Assembly: GCA_038245905.1 (NCBI GenBank)
Contig: JBBRRY010000010.1
Location: 24,325 to 88,324, forward strand
Source of the DNA: Thermoanaerobaculia bacterium
GTDB lineage: Bacteria; Acidobacteriota; Thermoanaerobaculia; UBA5066
Reading direction: 5' to 3'
DNA: 64,000 nt
The translations under genes and the position numbers were made by a program. Below are positions 9,753-20,228 of this stretch, piece after piece; the first letter of the stretch is position 1, and each line of letters starts with the position of its first letter. The notes beneath the pieces were generated by a model. The model was not told the origin of the DNA. It saw only the letters and a list, made by a program, of their open reading frames with translations, and did not search any database.

Positions 9753-10762
9753 ATCCCCGCCGCCCGGCGTGGGCGTGGGGCGTCTTGCTCCTCGCCGCGC
9801 TTCTCGCCGCGCTGCTCGCCTCCCTGCTCCTCGGGAGCGTGTCTCTCGCGCCTCACGACGTGCTCCGCGCCCTCGCGGGCCGGGGGGACGCGGGGACCGT
9901 CTCGATCGTCCGCGAGCTCCGGCTTCCGCGCGCGCTCCTGGCCGTGCTCGTGGGCGGTGCGCTGGCCCTCTCGGGCGCCGCTCTTCAGGCGCTCCTCGGA
10001 AACCCGCTTGCCGATCCGTACCTTCTCGGCGTCTCCGGCGGCGCGGCGTGCGGGACGCTCGTGGGGTCGCTTCTCGGGCTCGGCGCGTCCGCCGGAGTAC
10101 GGGCAGGAATCTTCGACGCGCTCGCGTTGCCCTTCGCGGCGTTTCTCGGCGCGCTGGCGGCGGTCCTCGTCGTGGGCATCGGGGCGTCGGCGGGCGGCCG
10201 GCTGGACCGCGGCCGGCTCCTTCTCTCCGGTGTCGTCGTGAACGCGCTCGCCTCGGCGATCCTTCTCTTCCTTCTCTCCTTCGGCGACCCCTCGCGCACG
10301 CAGACGTTCGTCTTCTGGATGCTCGGCTCGCTCGCGGGCGCGACGCCGGGCGCGGTCCTCGCGTTGTCCGTCTACACGGCCCTCTCGCTGGCCCTCCTCC
10401 TGCCGCTTTCGCGCGCCTTCGACGCGCTCACGCTCGGAGAGGAAACGGCCGCGACGCTCGGAATCCGCGTGGAGACCGCGAAGCGAACGGCCTACGTCGC
10501 GGCGTCGCTCCTCGCCGCGGCGGCTGTCGCGTACGCCGGCATCATCGGATTCGTGGGTCTTCTCGTGCCTCACGCCGTGCGCCGCGTCACCCGCTCGCAC
10601 CGTGCGCTGCTTCTCCTGTCCTTTCTCGGGGGCGCGGTTCTCCTGGTCGTCTCGGACGTGGTCGCGCGGTCGGTCTTCGCACCCGCCGAAATCTCGGTGG
10701 GCGCGATCACGGCCCTCCTCGGAGCACCGGCGTTCCTCGTCCTCCTGAGGGCCAGGCCGTGA
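9749..10762 (+). CDS. FecCD/BtuC-family ABC permease
   Basis: LRLPRALL, NPLADPYLLGVSGGA, LGEETAATLG, GIIGFVGLLVPH, GAPAF. Confidence 0.92.
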   Translation: MNPRRPAWAWGVLLLAALLAALLASLLLGSVSLAPHDVLRALAGRGDAGTVSIVRELRLPRALLAVLVGGALALSGAALQALLGNPLADPYLLGVSGGAACGTLVGSLLGLGASAGVRAGIFDALALPFAAFLGALAAVLVVGIGASAGGRLDRGRLLLSGVVVNALASAILLFLLSFGDPSRTQTFVFWMLGSLAGATPGAVLALSVYTALSLALLLPLSRAFDALTLGEETAATLGIRVETAKRTAYVAASLLAAAAVAYAGIIGFVGLLVPHAVRRVTRSHRALLLLSFLGGAVLLVVSDVVARSVFAPAEISVGAITALLGAPAFLVLLRARP

Positions 10763-11544
10763 CGTTCCCGCTCGCCGCCGAGGCTCTCGCCGCGGGATAC
10801 GGAGCGCGCGACGTCATCGCCGAGATCTCGCACGCGTTTCCGGCGGGCCGCGTCACGGCGCTTCTCGGCGAGAACGGGGCCGGAAAATCCACTCTCCTGA
10901 AGGCGCTCGCGGGAATCGTGCCGGCGCGCCGCGGCACGGTGCGGCTCGGCGGGCGCCCTCTCACGGGCGTCCCGCGTCGCGAGGCCGCGCGCACGCTCGG
11001 TTATCTCCCACAGGGCTTCGAGCCGCTTTTTCCCATTCTCGCCCGCGATCTCGTCCTCCTGGGCCGCACGCCGTGGCGCACGGCATTCGGCGCGCCCTCC
11101 GCGCGCGACCGCGCGGCCGTCGACGCGGCGCTCTCGGAGATGGACGCCGTCCGGCTCGGGGAAATCGACCTCGGCGCGATGAGCGGCGGCGAGAGGCAGC
11201 GCATCCTCCTGGCGCGCGTCCTGGCCGGCGAGCCCGAGGTCCTCCTTCTCGATGAGCCGGCCGCGAACCTGGATCCGCGCCACCGGTTCCTCGTCATCGA
11301 CGCGATGCGGCGCCGCGCGGAGGCGGGCGGGGCCGTCGTCTTCTCCACGCACGAGCTGGACGTCGCGTCTCAGGGCGCGGACGACGCAGTGCTCCTGTCG
11401 GGCGGGCGTGTGCTCGCCGCGGGGGCGATCGTGGACACGCTCACCGGGCCCCTCCTGTCGGCGCTCTTCGGAGTCTCGGCATGCGTGACGCCAGACGCCG
11501 GCGGCCGGCCGCTCGTTTCCATCGGGCCGGCGCGGGCGCGCTAA
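10759..11544 (+). CDS. ABC transporter ATP-binding subunit (BtuD/FecE-like)
   Basis: GTG at 10759 overlaps the upstream stop; GENGAGKS, MSGGERQR, LLLDEP, STH. Confidence 0.9.
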   Translation: MTFPLAAEALAAGYGARDVIAEISHAFPAGRVTALLGENGAGKSTLLKALAGIVPARRGTVRLGGRPLTGVPRREAARTLGYLPQGFEPLFPILARDLVLLGRTPWRTAFGAPSARDRAAVDAALSEMDAVRLGEIDLGAMSGGERQRILLARVLAGEPEVLLLDEPAANLDPRHRFLVIDAMRRRAEAGGAVVFSTHELDVASQGADDAVLLSGGRVLAAGAIVDTLTGPLLSALFGVSACVTPDAGGRPLVSIGPARAR

Positions 11545-11561
11545 GATCCCCGGTTCACGCC

Positions 11562-12410
11562 ATGTGGTTCCGAAAGGACAAAGCCCCCCGGGTCCCACGG
11601 GATCCGAAGACGACGTCCTCGCTGGGCGAGGGTCTCTTTCTGAAGTGCGACGGGTGCAAGGAGGCGCTCTACGTCAAGGAAGTGGAGCGCAACCTGCGCG
11701 TGTGTCCGAAGTGCGGATTCCACTTCCGCCTCCCGGCGGTCGAGCGCCTCAGGCTGCTCCTCGGGGACGGGGGCGGGCAGCCGCTCTTCACCGAGGTCCG
11801 GCCGACTGATCCCCTGAAGTTCAAAGACAGCAAGCGCTACCGCGATCGGCTCAAGGACTCGGAGGCGAAGACCGGCCGGCCGGACGCCATCCTGGCGGCG
11901 AAGGGCCTGATCGACGACGTCCCGGCGATCGTCGCGATCCTCGACTACGCCTTCATGGGGGGCTCGATGGGCTCCGTCGTGGGCGAGGTCCTGACCCGCG
12001 CCGCCGAGATGGCGCTCGTCGAGCGGACGCCGCTCGTCATCGTCTCGGCCTCGGGCGGCGCGCGCATGCAGGAGGGAATTCTCTCCCTGATGCAGATGGG
12101 CAAGGTCTCGGCCGCGCTCGCGCGCCTCGGCGCCGCGCGCGTGCCGCACGTCGCGATCCTCACCGACCCGACCACGGGCGGCGTGACCGCCTCCTTCGCC
12201 ATGCTCGGCGACGTGACGCTGGCCGAACCAAGGGCGCTGATCGGCTTCGCGGGTCCGCGCGTCATCGAGCAGACGATCCGCCAGACGCTTCCCGAGGGCT
12301 TCCAGCGGGCCGAGTTCCTGCAGGAGCACGGCTTCGTGGATCTCGTCGTGCCGCGCGCCGAAATGCGCGCGACGGTCGCCCGGATCCTGCGGCTGCTCCA
12401 CGCCAGTTGA
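11562..12410 (+). CDS. accD: Acetyl-CoA carboxylase carboxyltransferase beta subunit
   Basis: C4 zinc finger (CDGC...CPKC), FMGGSMG, SGGARMQEG, PTTGGVTASFA, GFAGPRVIEQT. Confidence 0.96.
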   Translation: MWFRKDKAPRVPRDPKTTSSLGEGLFLKCDGCKEALYVKEVERNLRVCPKCGFHFRLPAVERLRLLLGDGGGQPLFTEVRPTDPLKFKDSKRYRDRLKDSEAKTGRPDAILAAKGLIDDVPAIVAILDYAFMGGSMGSVVGEVLTRAAEMALVERTPLVIVSASGGARMQEGILSLMQMGKVSAALARLGAARVPHVAILTDPTTGGVTASFAMLGDVTLAEPRALIGFAGPRVIEQTIRQTLPEGFQRAEFLQEHGFVDLVVPRAEMRATVARILRLLHAS

Positions 12411-12469
12411 TGGTGTGGCTCGATTGACGCAGTTTTCGGATTTTCTTAGAAGGTGAAGAGGGAGCTCGC

Positions 12470-13684
12470 TTGAGCAGGGACCACTCCGGGCCCGGGCTGG
12501 CTTGGCTCGAGGCCCTCGGCCCGCAGCGCATGCGGCCAGGACTCTCGCGGACCCTTTCCCTCCTAACCGCTCTAGGAAATCCCCAATCTTCTTTTTCCTC
12601 CATTCTCATTGGCGGGACGAACGGCAAGGGCTCCACGGCGGCCTATATCTCTTCAATCCTCACGGCCGCGGGCGTTCCGTGCGGGCTCTACACGTCCCCT
12701 CATCTCGTGTCCGTGACGGAACGCGTGCGCCTTCTCGACCGGGATGTTTCGCCCGCCGCGCTCGACGACGTCCTTGCCTTCGTGTCCCGCGTCGCGGCAC
12801 CCGGCCTGCGCGGCCCGACCTACTTCGAGGCGCTCACGGTTGCCGCCTTCGAGCTGTTCCGCCGCGCGCGGGTCCGGGTCGCCGTCGTGGAGGTCGGGAT
12901 CGGGGGCCGGCTCGACGCCACGAACGTCCTTACGCCCGACGTGTCGGTCGTGACGAACGTCGACGACGACCATCTCGACGTCCTCGGCCCGACGCGGGAA
13001 GACGTCGCGCGGGAGAAGGCGGGCATTTTCAGGAAGGGTCAGCCCGCACTCGTCGGAGCGTCGGGCACCGGGCCCGGCCCGCGCGCCGTCCTTCACCGGG
13101 AAGCGCGGCGGATCGGGGCGCGGCTCGTGGAGATTCCTCCGCTTGACATGGCGGCCCCGGGCGGGCCGCTGCCCGGCGCCCACCAGCTTCAGAATCTCGC
13201 TCTTGCGCTCGCGGCGGCGCGCGCGGTCGCACCCCTCGACGACGAGGCGGTGGCGCGCGGCCTCGCGGCCGTGAAGTGGCCGGGCCGGCTGCAGACTCTC
13301 GAACGGCCGGGGTTCCGAACGCTCCTTCTCGACGGCGCCCACAATCCGGCCGGGGCCCGCGCGCTCGCCGCGCATCTCGACGCGAGCGGCCTCTCGGGCC
13401 GCGTCGACCTCCTGTTCGGCGGCCTGGCGGACAAGGATCTGGCCGCGGTGTTCGCGCCCCTTGCCGCGCGTGCCCGCCGCATCGTGCTTGTGGCTCCAAT
13501 GTCGGAACGGGCCGAGACGCCGGAGAAGCTGCGGGTCCGCGTCGGGCGGCCGGAGCTCGAGACGGCGCCCTCCGTCGCCGAAGGGCTCGTCAGGCTCGAA
13601 GGGGCGGCGGGGGCCGGGCCCATCCTCGTCGCCGGTTCGCTCTATCTCGTCGGCGAGGTGCTGCGGCTAAGATCTCCCGCGTGA
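12470..13684 (+). CDS. folC: Folylpolyglutamate/dihydrofolate synthase
   Basis: GTNGKGST, YTSPHL, EVGIGGRLDATN, WPGRLQ, LDGAHNP, GSLYLVGE; follows accD. Confidence 0.93.
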   Translation: MSRDHSGPGLAWLEALGPQRMRPGLSRTLSLLTALGNPQSSFSSILIGGTNGKGSTAAYISSILTAAGVPCGLYTSPHLVSVTERVRLLDRDVSPAALDDVLAFVSRVAAPGLRGPTYFEALTVAAFELFRRARVRVAVVEVGIGGRLDATNVLTPDVSVVTNVDDDHLDVLGPTREDVAREKAGIFRKGQPALVGASGTGPGPRAVLHREARRIGARLVEIPPLDMAAPGGPLPGAHQLQNLALALAAARAVAPLDDEAVARGLAAVKWPGRLQTLERPGFRTLLLDGAHNPAGARALAAHLDASGLSGRVDLLFGGLADKDLAAVFAPLAARARRIVLVAPMSERAETPEKLRVRVGRPELETAPSVAEGLVRLEGAAGAGPILVAGSLYLVGEVLRLRSPA

Positions 13685-15045
13685 GCGTGCCTTCTCTCGT
13701 CGTGCCTCTCGTCCCCTCTCTCACGAAGAAAGACCTCGAGGCCCAGGAAGACGCGCGGCTCGCGGTCTATGCGTCGCGTGCGTCGCGTGCCGTCAGGCGG
13801 TATCCGGTCGCCGAGGAAGGGAAAACCTACGACTACCGGACGGAGTACCAGCGCGACCGCGACCGCATCGTCCACTCGCGCGCGTTCCGCCGGCTCAAGC
13901 ACAAGACGCAGGTCTTCATCCCGTTCGAGGGCGACCATTACCGCACGCGCCTCACGCACACGCTCGAGGTCACGCAGATCGCGCGGACGATGGCGCGCGC
14001 TCTCGGGATCAACGAGGACCTCGCCGAGGCGTGCGCGCTCGGGCACGACCTCGGACACACGCCGTTCGGGCATTCGGGCGAGAAAGTGCTCAACCGCATC
14101 CTCACGGGCGGCGAGGCGTCGATCGCGATCGAGCCGCGGATCGCCGCGCAGGTCGGAGCCTTCAAACACAACTACCAGTCGGTTCGTGTCGTCGACGTTC
14201 TCGAGAAGCGTTACGAGCATCCCGGTCTCAACCTCACGAACGACACGCGCGAAGGCATCCTCAAGCACACGACCTGGCGGAGGGACTTCCCGTTTCCCGA
14301 CATCGACGCGGAGGGGCTGAACCTCTCGTCCGGCGGCCACCTCGAGTGCCAGGCGGTGGGGTGGGCCGACGAGTTCGCCCAGCAGGCGCACGACCTCGAG
14401 GACGGCCTCAAGATCGTGGATTTCGACAAGGTTCTCGCGCTGCCGGTCGCGCGCGCGGTCGTCGAGGCGCTCGGGCCGGCCTACACCGCCACGAGAGACA
14501 CGACGGTGAAGGAAGCCATGCTCATCCGCGGGATGATCCACCTCCTCGTCACGGACCTCATCACGGCCTCGCGCGCCTCGATCGGGAAGTGGCTCGACGC
14601 GAAGAAGATCACGACGCCCGACGAGTTCTACGCCCAGCGCCGCAAGCTGCCGGTCTCTCTCGTCGCGCCGTCGAAGGCAGGCGACCGCTTCTATCAGGAG
14701 CTGAAGGAATTCATCTATCAGCACGTCATCCACAGCCACCGCGTGGCGCAGCACGACGGGCGTGCGCAGCTCGTCGTCACGACGCTCTTCGCGGCTTGGT
14801 ACAGGAACCCGCGGCTTCTCCCGGACTATGTCCTCCTCCGGTATCGCGATCTCGCCGGCGTCTCGTACCTGAGGGATGTGCCGCTGAAGCGCCTCGACGC
14901 CGAGATCGCCTCGAACTACACGAGAAAGCCTCTCTTTCTCCGCTCGATCGCCGACCACCTCGCGGGCATGACCGACAGCTACGCGCTCGCCGAGTACGAC
15001 GGGATGGTGTCGGCATATCCGCGGCGCGCGCCCGGCGGGCCCTGA
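13681..15045 (+). CDS. dgt: dGTP triphosphohydrolase-like HD protein
   Basis: RTEYQRDRDRIVHSRAFRRLKHKTQVF, RTRLTHTLEV, GHDLGHTPFGHSGE, AGMTDSYA; GTG at 13681. Confidence 0.88.
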   Translation: MSVPSLVVPLVPSLTKKDLEAQEDARLAVYASRASRAVRRYPVAEEGKTYDYRTEYQRDRDRIVHSRAFRRLKHKTQVFIPFEGDHYRTRLTHTLEVTQIARTMARALGINEDLAEACALGHDLGHTPFGHSGEKVLNRILTGGEASIAIEPRIAAQVGAFKHNYQSVRVVDVLEKRYEHPGLNLTNDTREGILKHTTWRRDFPFPDIDAEGLNLSSGGHLECQAVGWADEFAQQAHDLEDGLKIVDFDKVLALPVARAVVEALGPAYTATRDTTVKEAMLIRGMIHLLVTDLITASRASIGKWLDAKKITTPDEFYAQRRKLPVSLVAPSKAGDRFYQELKEFIYQHVIHSHRVAQHDGRAQLVVTTLFAAWYRNPRLLPDYVLLRYRDLAGVSYLRDVPLKRLDAEIASNYTRKPLFLRSIADHLAGMTDSYALAEYDGMVSAYPRRAPGGP

Positions 15046-15084
15046 GCCATCGGCGCGATACGATCCGCGCACCTGGAGGACCAG

Positions 15085-16365
15085 ATGCCCACCGCCGTCC
15101 GCCCCGCCGCGCTCCTGAACCGTTCCCTCGCCGAAGCCGATCCCGAGATCGCGCGGATCATCGCCGCCGAGACGGCACGCCAGAACGAGGGCATCGAGCT
15201 CATCGCGTCCGAGAACTTCACGTCGCGGGCCGTCCTCGAGGCCACGGGCTCGACGCTCACGAACAAGTACGCGGAGGGGTATCCGGGGAAGCGCTATTAC
15301 GGCGGCTGCGTCCACGTGGACGAGGCCGAGTCGCTCGCGATCGCGCGCGCGAAGGCCCTCTTCTCGCCGGGAAACCCCGACGCGATCCATGTGAACGTCC
15401 AGCCGCACGCGGGCTCCCAGGCGAACACCGCCGTCTACATCGCGTGCCTCAAGCCTGGCGACACGATTCTCGGGATGTCCCTCGCTCATGGGGGCCACCT
15501 CACGCACGGCCACCCGCTCTCGATCTCGGGCAAGCTCTATCGCGTCGTCTCGTACGGCGTGTCGAAGGAGACCGAGCTCATCGACTGGGACGCACTCGAG
15601 GCGACCGCGAAGGCCGAGAAGCCGAAGCTCATCATCGCGGGAGCGTCCGCCTATTCGCGCACGCTCGACTTCCCCCGCTTCCGGGCGATCGCGGATTCCG
15701 TCGGCGCGCTCCTAATGGTCGACATGGCGCACATCGCGGGACTCGTCGCGGCCGGGGTCCATCCCTCTCCGGTGGGCCACGCGCACTTCGTCACGACGAC
15801 GACGCACAAGACGCTCCGCGGTCCGCGCGCGGGACTCATCCTCTGCACGCCGGAGTGGGCGAAGGAGATCGACAAGGCCGTCTTTCCGGGAATCCAGGGC
15901 GGGCCGCTCGAACACGTCATCGCCGGGAAGGCGGTCGCCTTCAAGGAGGCCGCGACACCGGAGTTCGCGGCCTACCAGCGGCAGGTTGTCGCGAACGCGA
16001 AGGCGCTCGCGGCGAGCGTCGCGGCGGAGGGATTCCGCCTCGTGTCGGGCGGGACCGACAATCACCTCTTCCTCGTGGACGTGGGAAAGAAGAACCTCAC
16101 CGGCAAGGTCGCCGAGAAGGCTCTCGATGCGGCCGGGATCACGGTGAACAAGAACGCGATCCCGTTCGACCCGAACCCGCCGATGGTGACGTCGGGGCTT
16201 CGGATCGGCACCCCGGCCGTCACGACGCGCGGGATGACCGAAGCCGAGATGAAGACGATCGGCGGCCTCATCGCGGAGGTCCTCGCCGCGCCGGAGGACG
16301 AGGGCGTGAAGGCGCGCGTTCACGCGAAGGTCCGCGAGTTGACGTCCGCGTTCCCGCTGTACTGA
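15085..16365 (+). CDS. glyA: Serine hydroxymethyltransferase
   Basis: [48 protein letters not shown]. Confidence 0.97.
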   Translation: MPTAVRPAALLNRSLAEADPEIARIIAAETARQNEGIELIASENFTSRAVLEATGSTLTNKYAEGYPGKRYYGGCVHVDEAESLAIARAKALFSPGNPDAIHVNVQPHAGSQANTAVYIACLKPGDTILGMSLAHGGHLTHGHPLSISGKLYRVVSYGVSKETELIDWDALEATAKAEKPKLIIAGASAYSRTLDFPRFRAIADSVGALLMVDMAHIAGLVAAGVHPSPVGHAHFVTTTTHKTLRGPRAGLILCTPEWAKEIDKAVFPGIQGGPLEHVIAGKAVAFKEAATPEFAAYQRQVVANAKALAASVAAEGFRLVSGGTDNHLFLVDVGKKNLTGKVAEKALDAAGITVNKNAIPFDPNPPMVTSGLRIGTPAVTTRGMTEAEMKTIGGLIAEVLAAPEDEGVKARVHAKVRELTSAFPLY

Positions 16366-16371
16366 CGCCCG

Positions 16372-16767
16372 CTATCGGTTTGGCAGGACCTTGATTTCTT
16401 TCAGCCCGAGGAGCCGCTCGTCGGCGGTGACGAGGGTGAGGTCGTAGACACTCGCGGTCGCGGCGAGGAACCGGTCGGCGGGATCTTCCGTCGAGAGGGA
16501 GAGTCGGCGGCTCTCGAGGGCGACCTCGTGCGTGAGCGGAGCTTCGCGATAGCCCTGCGCTGCGATTGCCATTTCCAGAAACCGCGAGGGCTCCTGCTGA
16601 AAGTGCACTCGCCCCCTTTCGGCCAGCAGCAGCGCCTCCCAGACCGACACCGGTGAGATCCAGATCTCGTTCCTCAACGAAGCGAGCTCGCGGGCGACAC
16701 GGCGGCCCACTTTTTTCGGGAAGAGAAGCACCCAGATCCAGACATGCGTGTCGAGAAGGAGCTTCAC
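16372..16767 (-). CDS. vapC: VapC-like PIN domain toxin
   Basis: GTG at 16767: MKLLLDTHVWIW...SPVSVWE...DPADRFLAATA...LVTADERL. Confidence 0.88.
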   Translation of the reverse strand: MKLLLDTHVWIWVLLFPKKVGRRVARELASLRNEIWISPVSVWEALLLAERGRVHFQQEPSRFLEMAIAAQGYREAPLTHEVALESRRLSLSTEDPADRFLAATASVYDLTLVTADERLLGLKEIKVLPNR

Positions 16768-17015
16768 TTGCGAAGCACTTCCCACGCCTCCGGAGGGAGA
16801 ACGGGACCCACGATGTCGCCCAGGATCTCGGCCTGACCCGCATACGCACCGAGAACGCGCTTCTTCGGGTGAGCCGGCGCGGGCGGGACGACGCGCGCGA
16901 CGGGCTTGCCGAAGCGCGTCACCGTCACGGGATGGCCCGTGCGTCGGACCTCCTCGAGGACGGCGAGACAGGTGGCTTTGAAGCGGGAGATCGCGAGGGT
17001 CGGTTCGGTGGACAT
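16764..17015 (-). CDS. Phd/YefM family antitoxin
   Basis: ISRFKATCLAVLEEV...VTVTRFGKPVARVVP; 4-bp overlap with the PIN gene. Confidence 0.88.
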   Translation of the reverse strand: MSTEPTLAISRFKATCLAVLEEVRRTGHPVTVTRFGKPVARVVPPAPAHPKKRVLGAYAGQAEILGDIVGPVLPPEAWEVLRK

Positions 17016-17026
17016 GACGAGATCGT

Positions 17027-17047
17027 ACCATGGTCAATGACCATGGT
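17027..17047. promoter_or_regulatory. Perfect inverted repeat (putative antitoxin operator) adjoining the phd -10 box
   Basis: ACCATGGTCA-A-TGACCATGGT; TACGAT -10 (minus strand, 17027-17022) lies 6 nt before the ATG. Confidence 0.7.
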
Positions 17048-17054
17048 CTAACCA

Positions 17055-17831
17055 TCAGGCGCGCGTCGTGAAGCGGATCCGGAGGACGTCCCAGTAAGCC
17101 TGTGCGCCGCCGAAGAGCGTCACGCGCGAGTCTTTCGAATTGAACCAGAGGACGGGCACCTCCGCGATGGCATAGCCGAGCTGCCGCGCGAGAAGGAGCG
17201 CCTCGACGTCGTAGGCGAACCGGTCCACTTTTGCCCGCGAGAAGATCTTGTGCGCGGCTTCGCGTGAAAAGAGCTTGAAACCGCACTGTGTGTCGCGGAT
17301 GCCGGGGACCACGACGACGCGCACGAGCCGGTTGAAGAGCTTGCCCATCGCCTTGCGGTAGAGCGGCTGCTCTTCCTTCACGAGCGACTCGTCGAGGGCG
17401 CGCGAGCCGATCGCGACGGGCACTACAGCCGCGGCGAGCTTCTCCCATTCGTAGATGGGGGTCGAAAGATCCGCGTCCGTGACGAGGATGGACCGTCCCT
17501 TCGCCTCGAGGCACCCCGTGCGCACCGCGAAGCCCTTGCCGCGGTTCTTCGGGAGGCGCAGGACGCGCAGGTCGAGGCTGTAACGGCGCCCCGCATCCTC
17601 CGCGCGTGTCGCGGTCGCGTCCCCGGAGCCGTCGTCGACGACGAGCACCTCGACGCGGGGCGCCGACGGGCGGGCGGCCAGGTAAGCCGAGATCGCGCCG
17701 AGAGAAGCGGGCAGCCGCTCCTCCTCGTTGAAGGCGGGGATGACGATCGAAAGCTCCAAGTCCCGTCCCGTCGCCGATCGGGAGGGTGCGGGTTGCGTCC
17801 CGAAGGCCGGGACTTCGCGGGTCACCGTCAT
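17055..17831 (-). CDS. GT2 polyprenyl-phosphate glycosyltransferase (DPM/ALG5-like)
   Basis: SIVIPAFNEE, VVDDGSGD, NRGKGFAVR, DADLSTP, DTQCGFKLF, FAYDVEAL. Confidence 0.88.
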   Translation of the reverse strand: MTVTREVPAFGTQPAPSRSATGRDLELSIVIPAFNEEERLPASLGAISAYLAARPSAPRVEVLVVDDGSGDATATRAEDAGRRYSLDLRVLRLPKNRGKGFAVRTGCLEAKGRSILVTDADLSTPIYEWEKLAAAVVPVAIGSRALDESLVKEEQPLYRKAMGKLFNRLVRVVVVPGIRDTQCGFKLFSREAAHKIFSRAKVDRFAYDVEALLLARQLGYAIAEVPVLWFNSKDSRVTLFGGAQAYWDVLRIRFTTRA

Positions 17832-18526
17832 GCCGGCCGCGCCTCGTAGACGAACTGATAGCCGAAGAGCGTCGGCCAGAGCCGCGCGGCCGAGAGCGCG
17901 GCGGCGCGCGCGAGCCCCGCGAGGGGAGGACGCCTGAGGGCGGGCACGACAAGCTCGAGTGGCATCGCGGTCGCGTCGACCGACACGACGCGATAGCCGT
18001 TCTCCTCGAGGAGGGTCCGCCCGGTCTCCCGCGTGAAGAAGCGCAGGTGGGTGCGATCGAGGATACCGCGAGGCGTGTACGTGAAACGACCGAAGAGAAG
18101 GCCGATCCGAACAGTGACGTTCGCGACATTCGGGAGAGAGACGAGAAGCGCCCCATCGGCTTTCAGGAGCGGCCTCAGGGCCGAGAGAAATTTCTCCGGG
18201 CGAGGCAGGTGCTCGAGGACGTCGCCCGCGACGATGAGGTCGAACGGCTCGCGAAACGGCCGGGAAATCGCCTCGACGAGGTCGCCGACCACCGGCTGGT
18301 CGAAGAAGCCCGCGCCCTCCGCGGCTGCCTCGGGATCGAGCTCGACGCCCGCGAGGTAACGGCAGGCCGGGCGGATCCGCCTCGCAAACTCGCCGGCTCC
18401 GAAACCGAGATCGAGAACCGCGAGGCCGCTCCCGCGCGCGAAAACCTTTTCGAGGAGGAGGACGTGCGACGAACCTGGAATGTCCTTCCAGGGGTAGTGC
18501 GGTTCCGGGTCGGGGGCCTTCAGCAT
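17828..18526 (-). CDS. Class I SAM-dependent methyltransferase
   Basis: ATG at 18526; VLDLGFGAG, FDLIVAGDVLEHL, SLPNVA, GILDRTHLRFFT. Confidence 0.85.
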   Translation of the reverse strand: MLKAPDPEPHYPWKDIPGSSHVLLLEKVFARGSGLAVLDLGFGAGEFARRIRPACRYLAGVELDPEAAAEGAGFFDQPVVGDLVEAISRPFREPFDLIVAGDVLEHLPRPEKFLSALRPLLKADGALLVSLPNVANVTVRIGLLFGRFTYTPRGILDRTHLRFFTRETGRTLLEENGYRVVSVDATAMPLELVVPALRRPPLAGLARAAALSAARLWPTLFGYQFVYEARPA

Positions 18527-20220
18527 CAGAGCGGCGTCCTCTGCGCGATGGGAATCCGGCGACCGCTCCCGAAGGCCTTCGCGGAGACCTTCAGGCCGGG
18601 CGCAGCCTGGTAGCGTTTGTACTCGGCCCGGTCCACCAGCAGCGCGATCTTCCGGACGAGCGCGAGCGGGGCGCCCGTCCGGCGTGCCACCAGCGCGAGG
18701 GAGAGATTCCGCTCCACGAGATTCTCGAGGATCGCGTCGAGAAGGGGATAGGGCGGAAGGGAATCCTGGTCGGTCTGACCCGGCCGGAGCTCGGCGGACG
18801 GCGCCTTCGTGAGCGAAGCCTCGGGGATGAGCGCCCGCCCGGCACGCGCGTTCAGGTGCCGCGCGAGCGCGTAGACGCGCATCTTCGGAAGGTCCGAGAT
18901 CGGGGCGAGGCCGCCGCACATGTCGCCGTACAGGGTGCAATAGCCCACCGCGAGCTCGCTCTTGTTCCCCGTCGTGAGCACGAGAGGCCCCTTCTTGTTC
19001 GAGACGGCCATGAGGAGCATCCCGCGGAGGCGCGACTGCACGTTCTCCTCCGTGACGTCCTCCGGAAGGCTGCCGAATTGGGGCGCGAGCGTCCGGCGCG
19101 CGTCCTCGAAGAGCGGCCCGATCGGAAGGACATCGCACCGGATGCCGAGATTCGCGGCGAGTGCGAGCGCGTCGGCAATCGAACCCTCGGAGGAGTAGGG
19201 CGATGGCATCGCGAGGCCGCTCACGTTTCCGGCGCCCAGGGCCTCGACGGCGAGAGCCGCGACGAGAGCGGAGTCGATTCCACCCGAGAGGCCGAGGACG
19301 GCCGTCCGGAAACTGCACTTGGCGGCATAGTCGCGTATGCCGAGCACGAGCGCTCGGCGGAGTGACTCGAGCGGATCACCGCTGACGTCATCCGGGAGGT
19401 CGCGGGCCTCGGTTCCCGAGACGGGGACGACGCGCGCGGGCCGCTGGCCGTTACGGAAGACGTCCACGACCAGGAAGTCCTCTTCGAAGAGCGCGGCCCG
19501 GGCCGCGATGCGCCCGCGGCCGTCGAGCACCATCGATCCGCCGTCGAACACGAGCTCGTCGTTGCCGCCCACGAGGTTGAGTGATGCCACGGGGACCCGG
19601 CCGTCGCGCGCATAGCGGGCGAGCATCCGGCGCCTCAGACTCGGCTTTCCTTCCGAGAAGGGCGACGCGGAAATCGTGACAACGAGTGTCGCGCCGCGCC
19701 TGACGAGGGCCTCGCCCGGGTCGTCGCGATAGAGCCGGCGGGCGCGCCAGAAGTCCTTGTCGTTCCAGAGGTCTTCGCACACGGGCAGCCCGAGACGCTC
19801 TCCGCGAAACGGCACCACCGCGCAGCCGTCGCCCGGCTCGAACCACCGGCCCTCGTCGAAAACATCGTAGGTCGGCAGGAGCGTCTTCTTCGCGAGGGCC
19901 CGCACACGGCCGCCGTCGAGGAGCGCCGCGACGTTGTGGAACGGCTTGCCGACGCGGCTCCGGTTCTTCACGAACGTTCCGACGAGAAGAGCCGTCCGAC
20001 GCGAGCGGCGCGCAAGGGACGCGAGAGCGCGCGCGCCCTCACGGACGAAAGACGGGCGCTCGAGAAGGTCTCCCGGAGGGTAGCCGCAGATCGCGAGCTC
20101 GGGGAAGACCGCCAGGTCCGCGCCGGCGTCCTCGGCCCGCGCGAGTCCATGGGTGATGCGCGCGGTGTTGCCGGCGAAGTCCCCGACGGTCGTGTCGATC
20201 TGGCAGAGCGCGAGGCGCAC
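18526..20220 (-). CDS. nadE: Glutamine-dependent NAD+ synthetase
   Basis: Nitrilase domain (FPEL, K, CEDLW) plus GLSGGIDS, NVQSRLRG, TGNKSE, PSAELRPGQTDQDSL. Confidence 0.95.
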   Translation of the reverse strand: MRLALCQIDTTVGDFAGNTARITHGLARAEDAGADLAVFPELAICGYPPGDLLERPSFVREGARALASLARRSRRTALLVGTFVKNRSRVGKPFHNVAALLDGGRVRALAKKTLLPTYDVFDEGRWFEPGDGCAVVPFRGERLGLPVCEDLWNDKDFWRARRLYRDDPGEALVRRGATLVVTISASPFSEGKPSLRRRMLARYARDGRVPVASLNLVGGNDELVFDGGSMVLDGRGRIAARAALFEEDFLVVDVFRNGQRPARVVPVSGTEARDLPDDVSGDPLESLRRALVLGIRDYAAKCSFRTAVLGLSGGIDSALVAALAVEALGAGNVSGLAMPSPYSSEGSIADALALAANLGIRCDVLPIGPLFEDARRTLAPQFGSLPEDVTEENVQSRLRGMLLMAVSNKKGPLVLTTGNKSELAVGYCTLYGDMCGGLAPISDLPKMRVYALARHLNARAGRALIPEASLTKAPSAELRPGQTDQDSLPPYPLLDAILENLVERNLSLALVARRTGAPLALVRKIALLVDRAEYKRYQAAPGLKVSAKAFGSGRRIPIAQRTPL

Positions 20221-20228
20221 GGCAGTTC

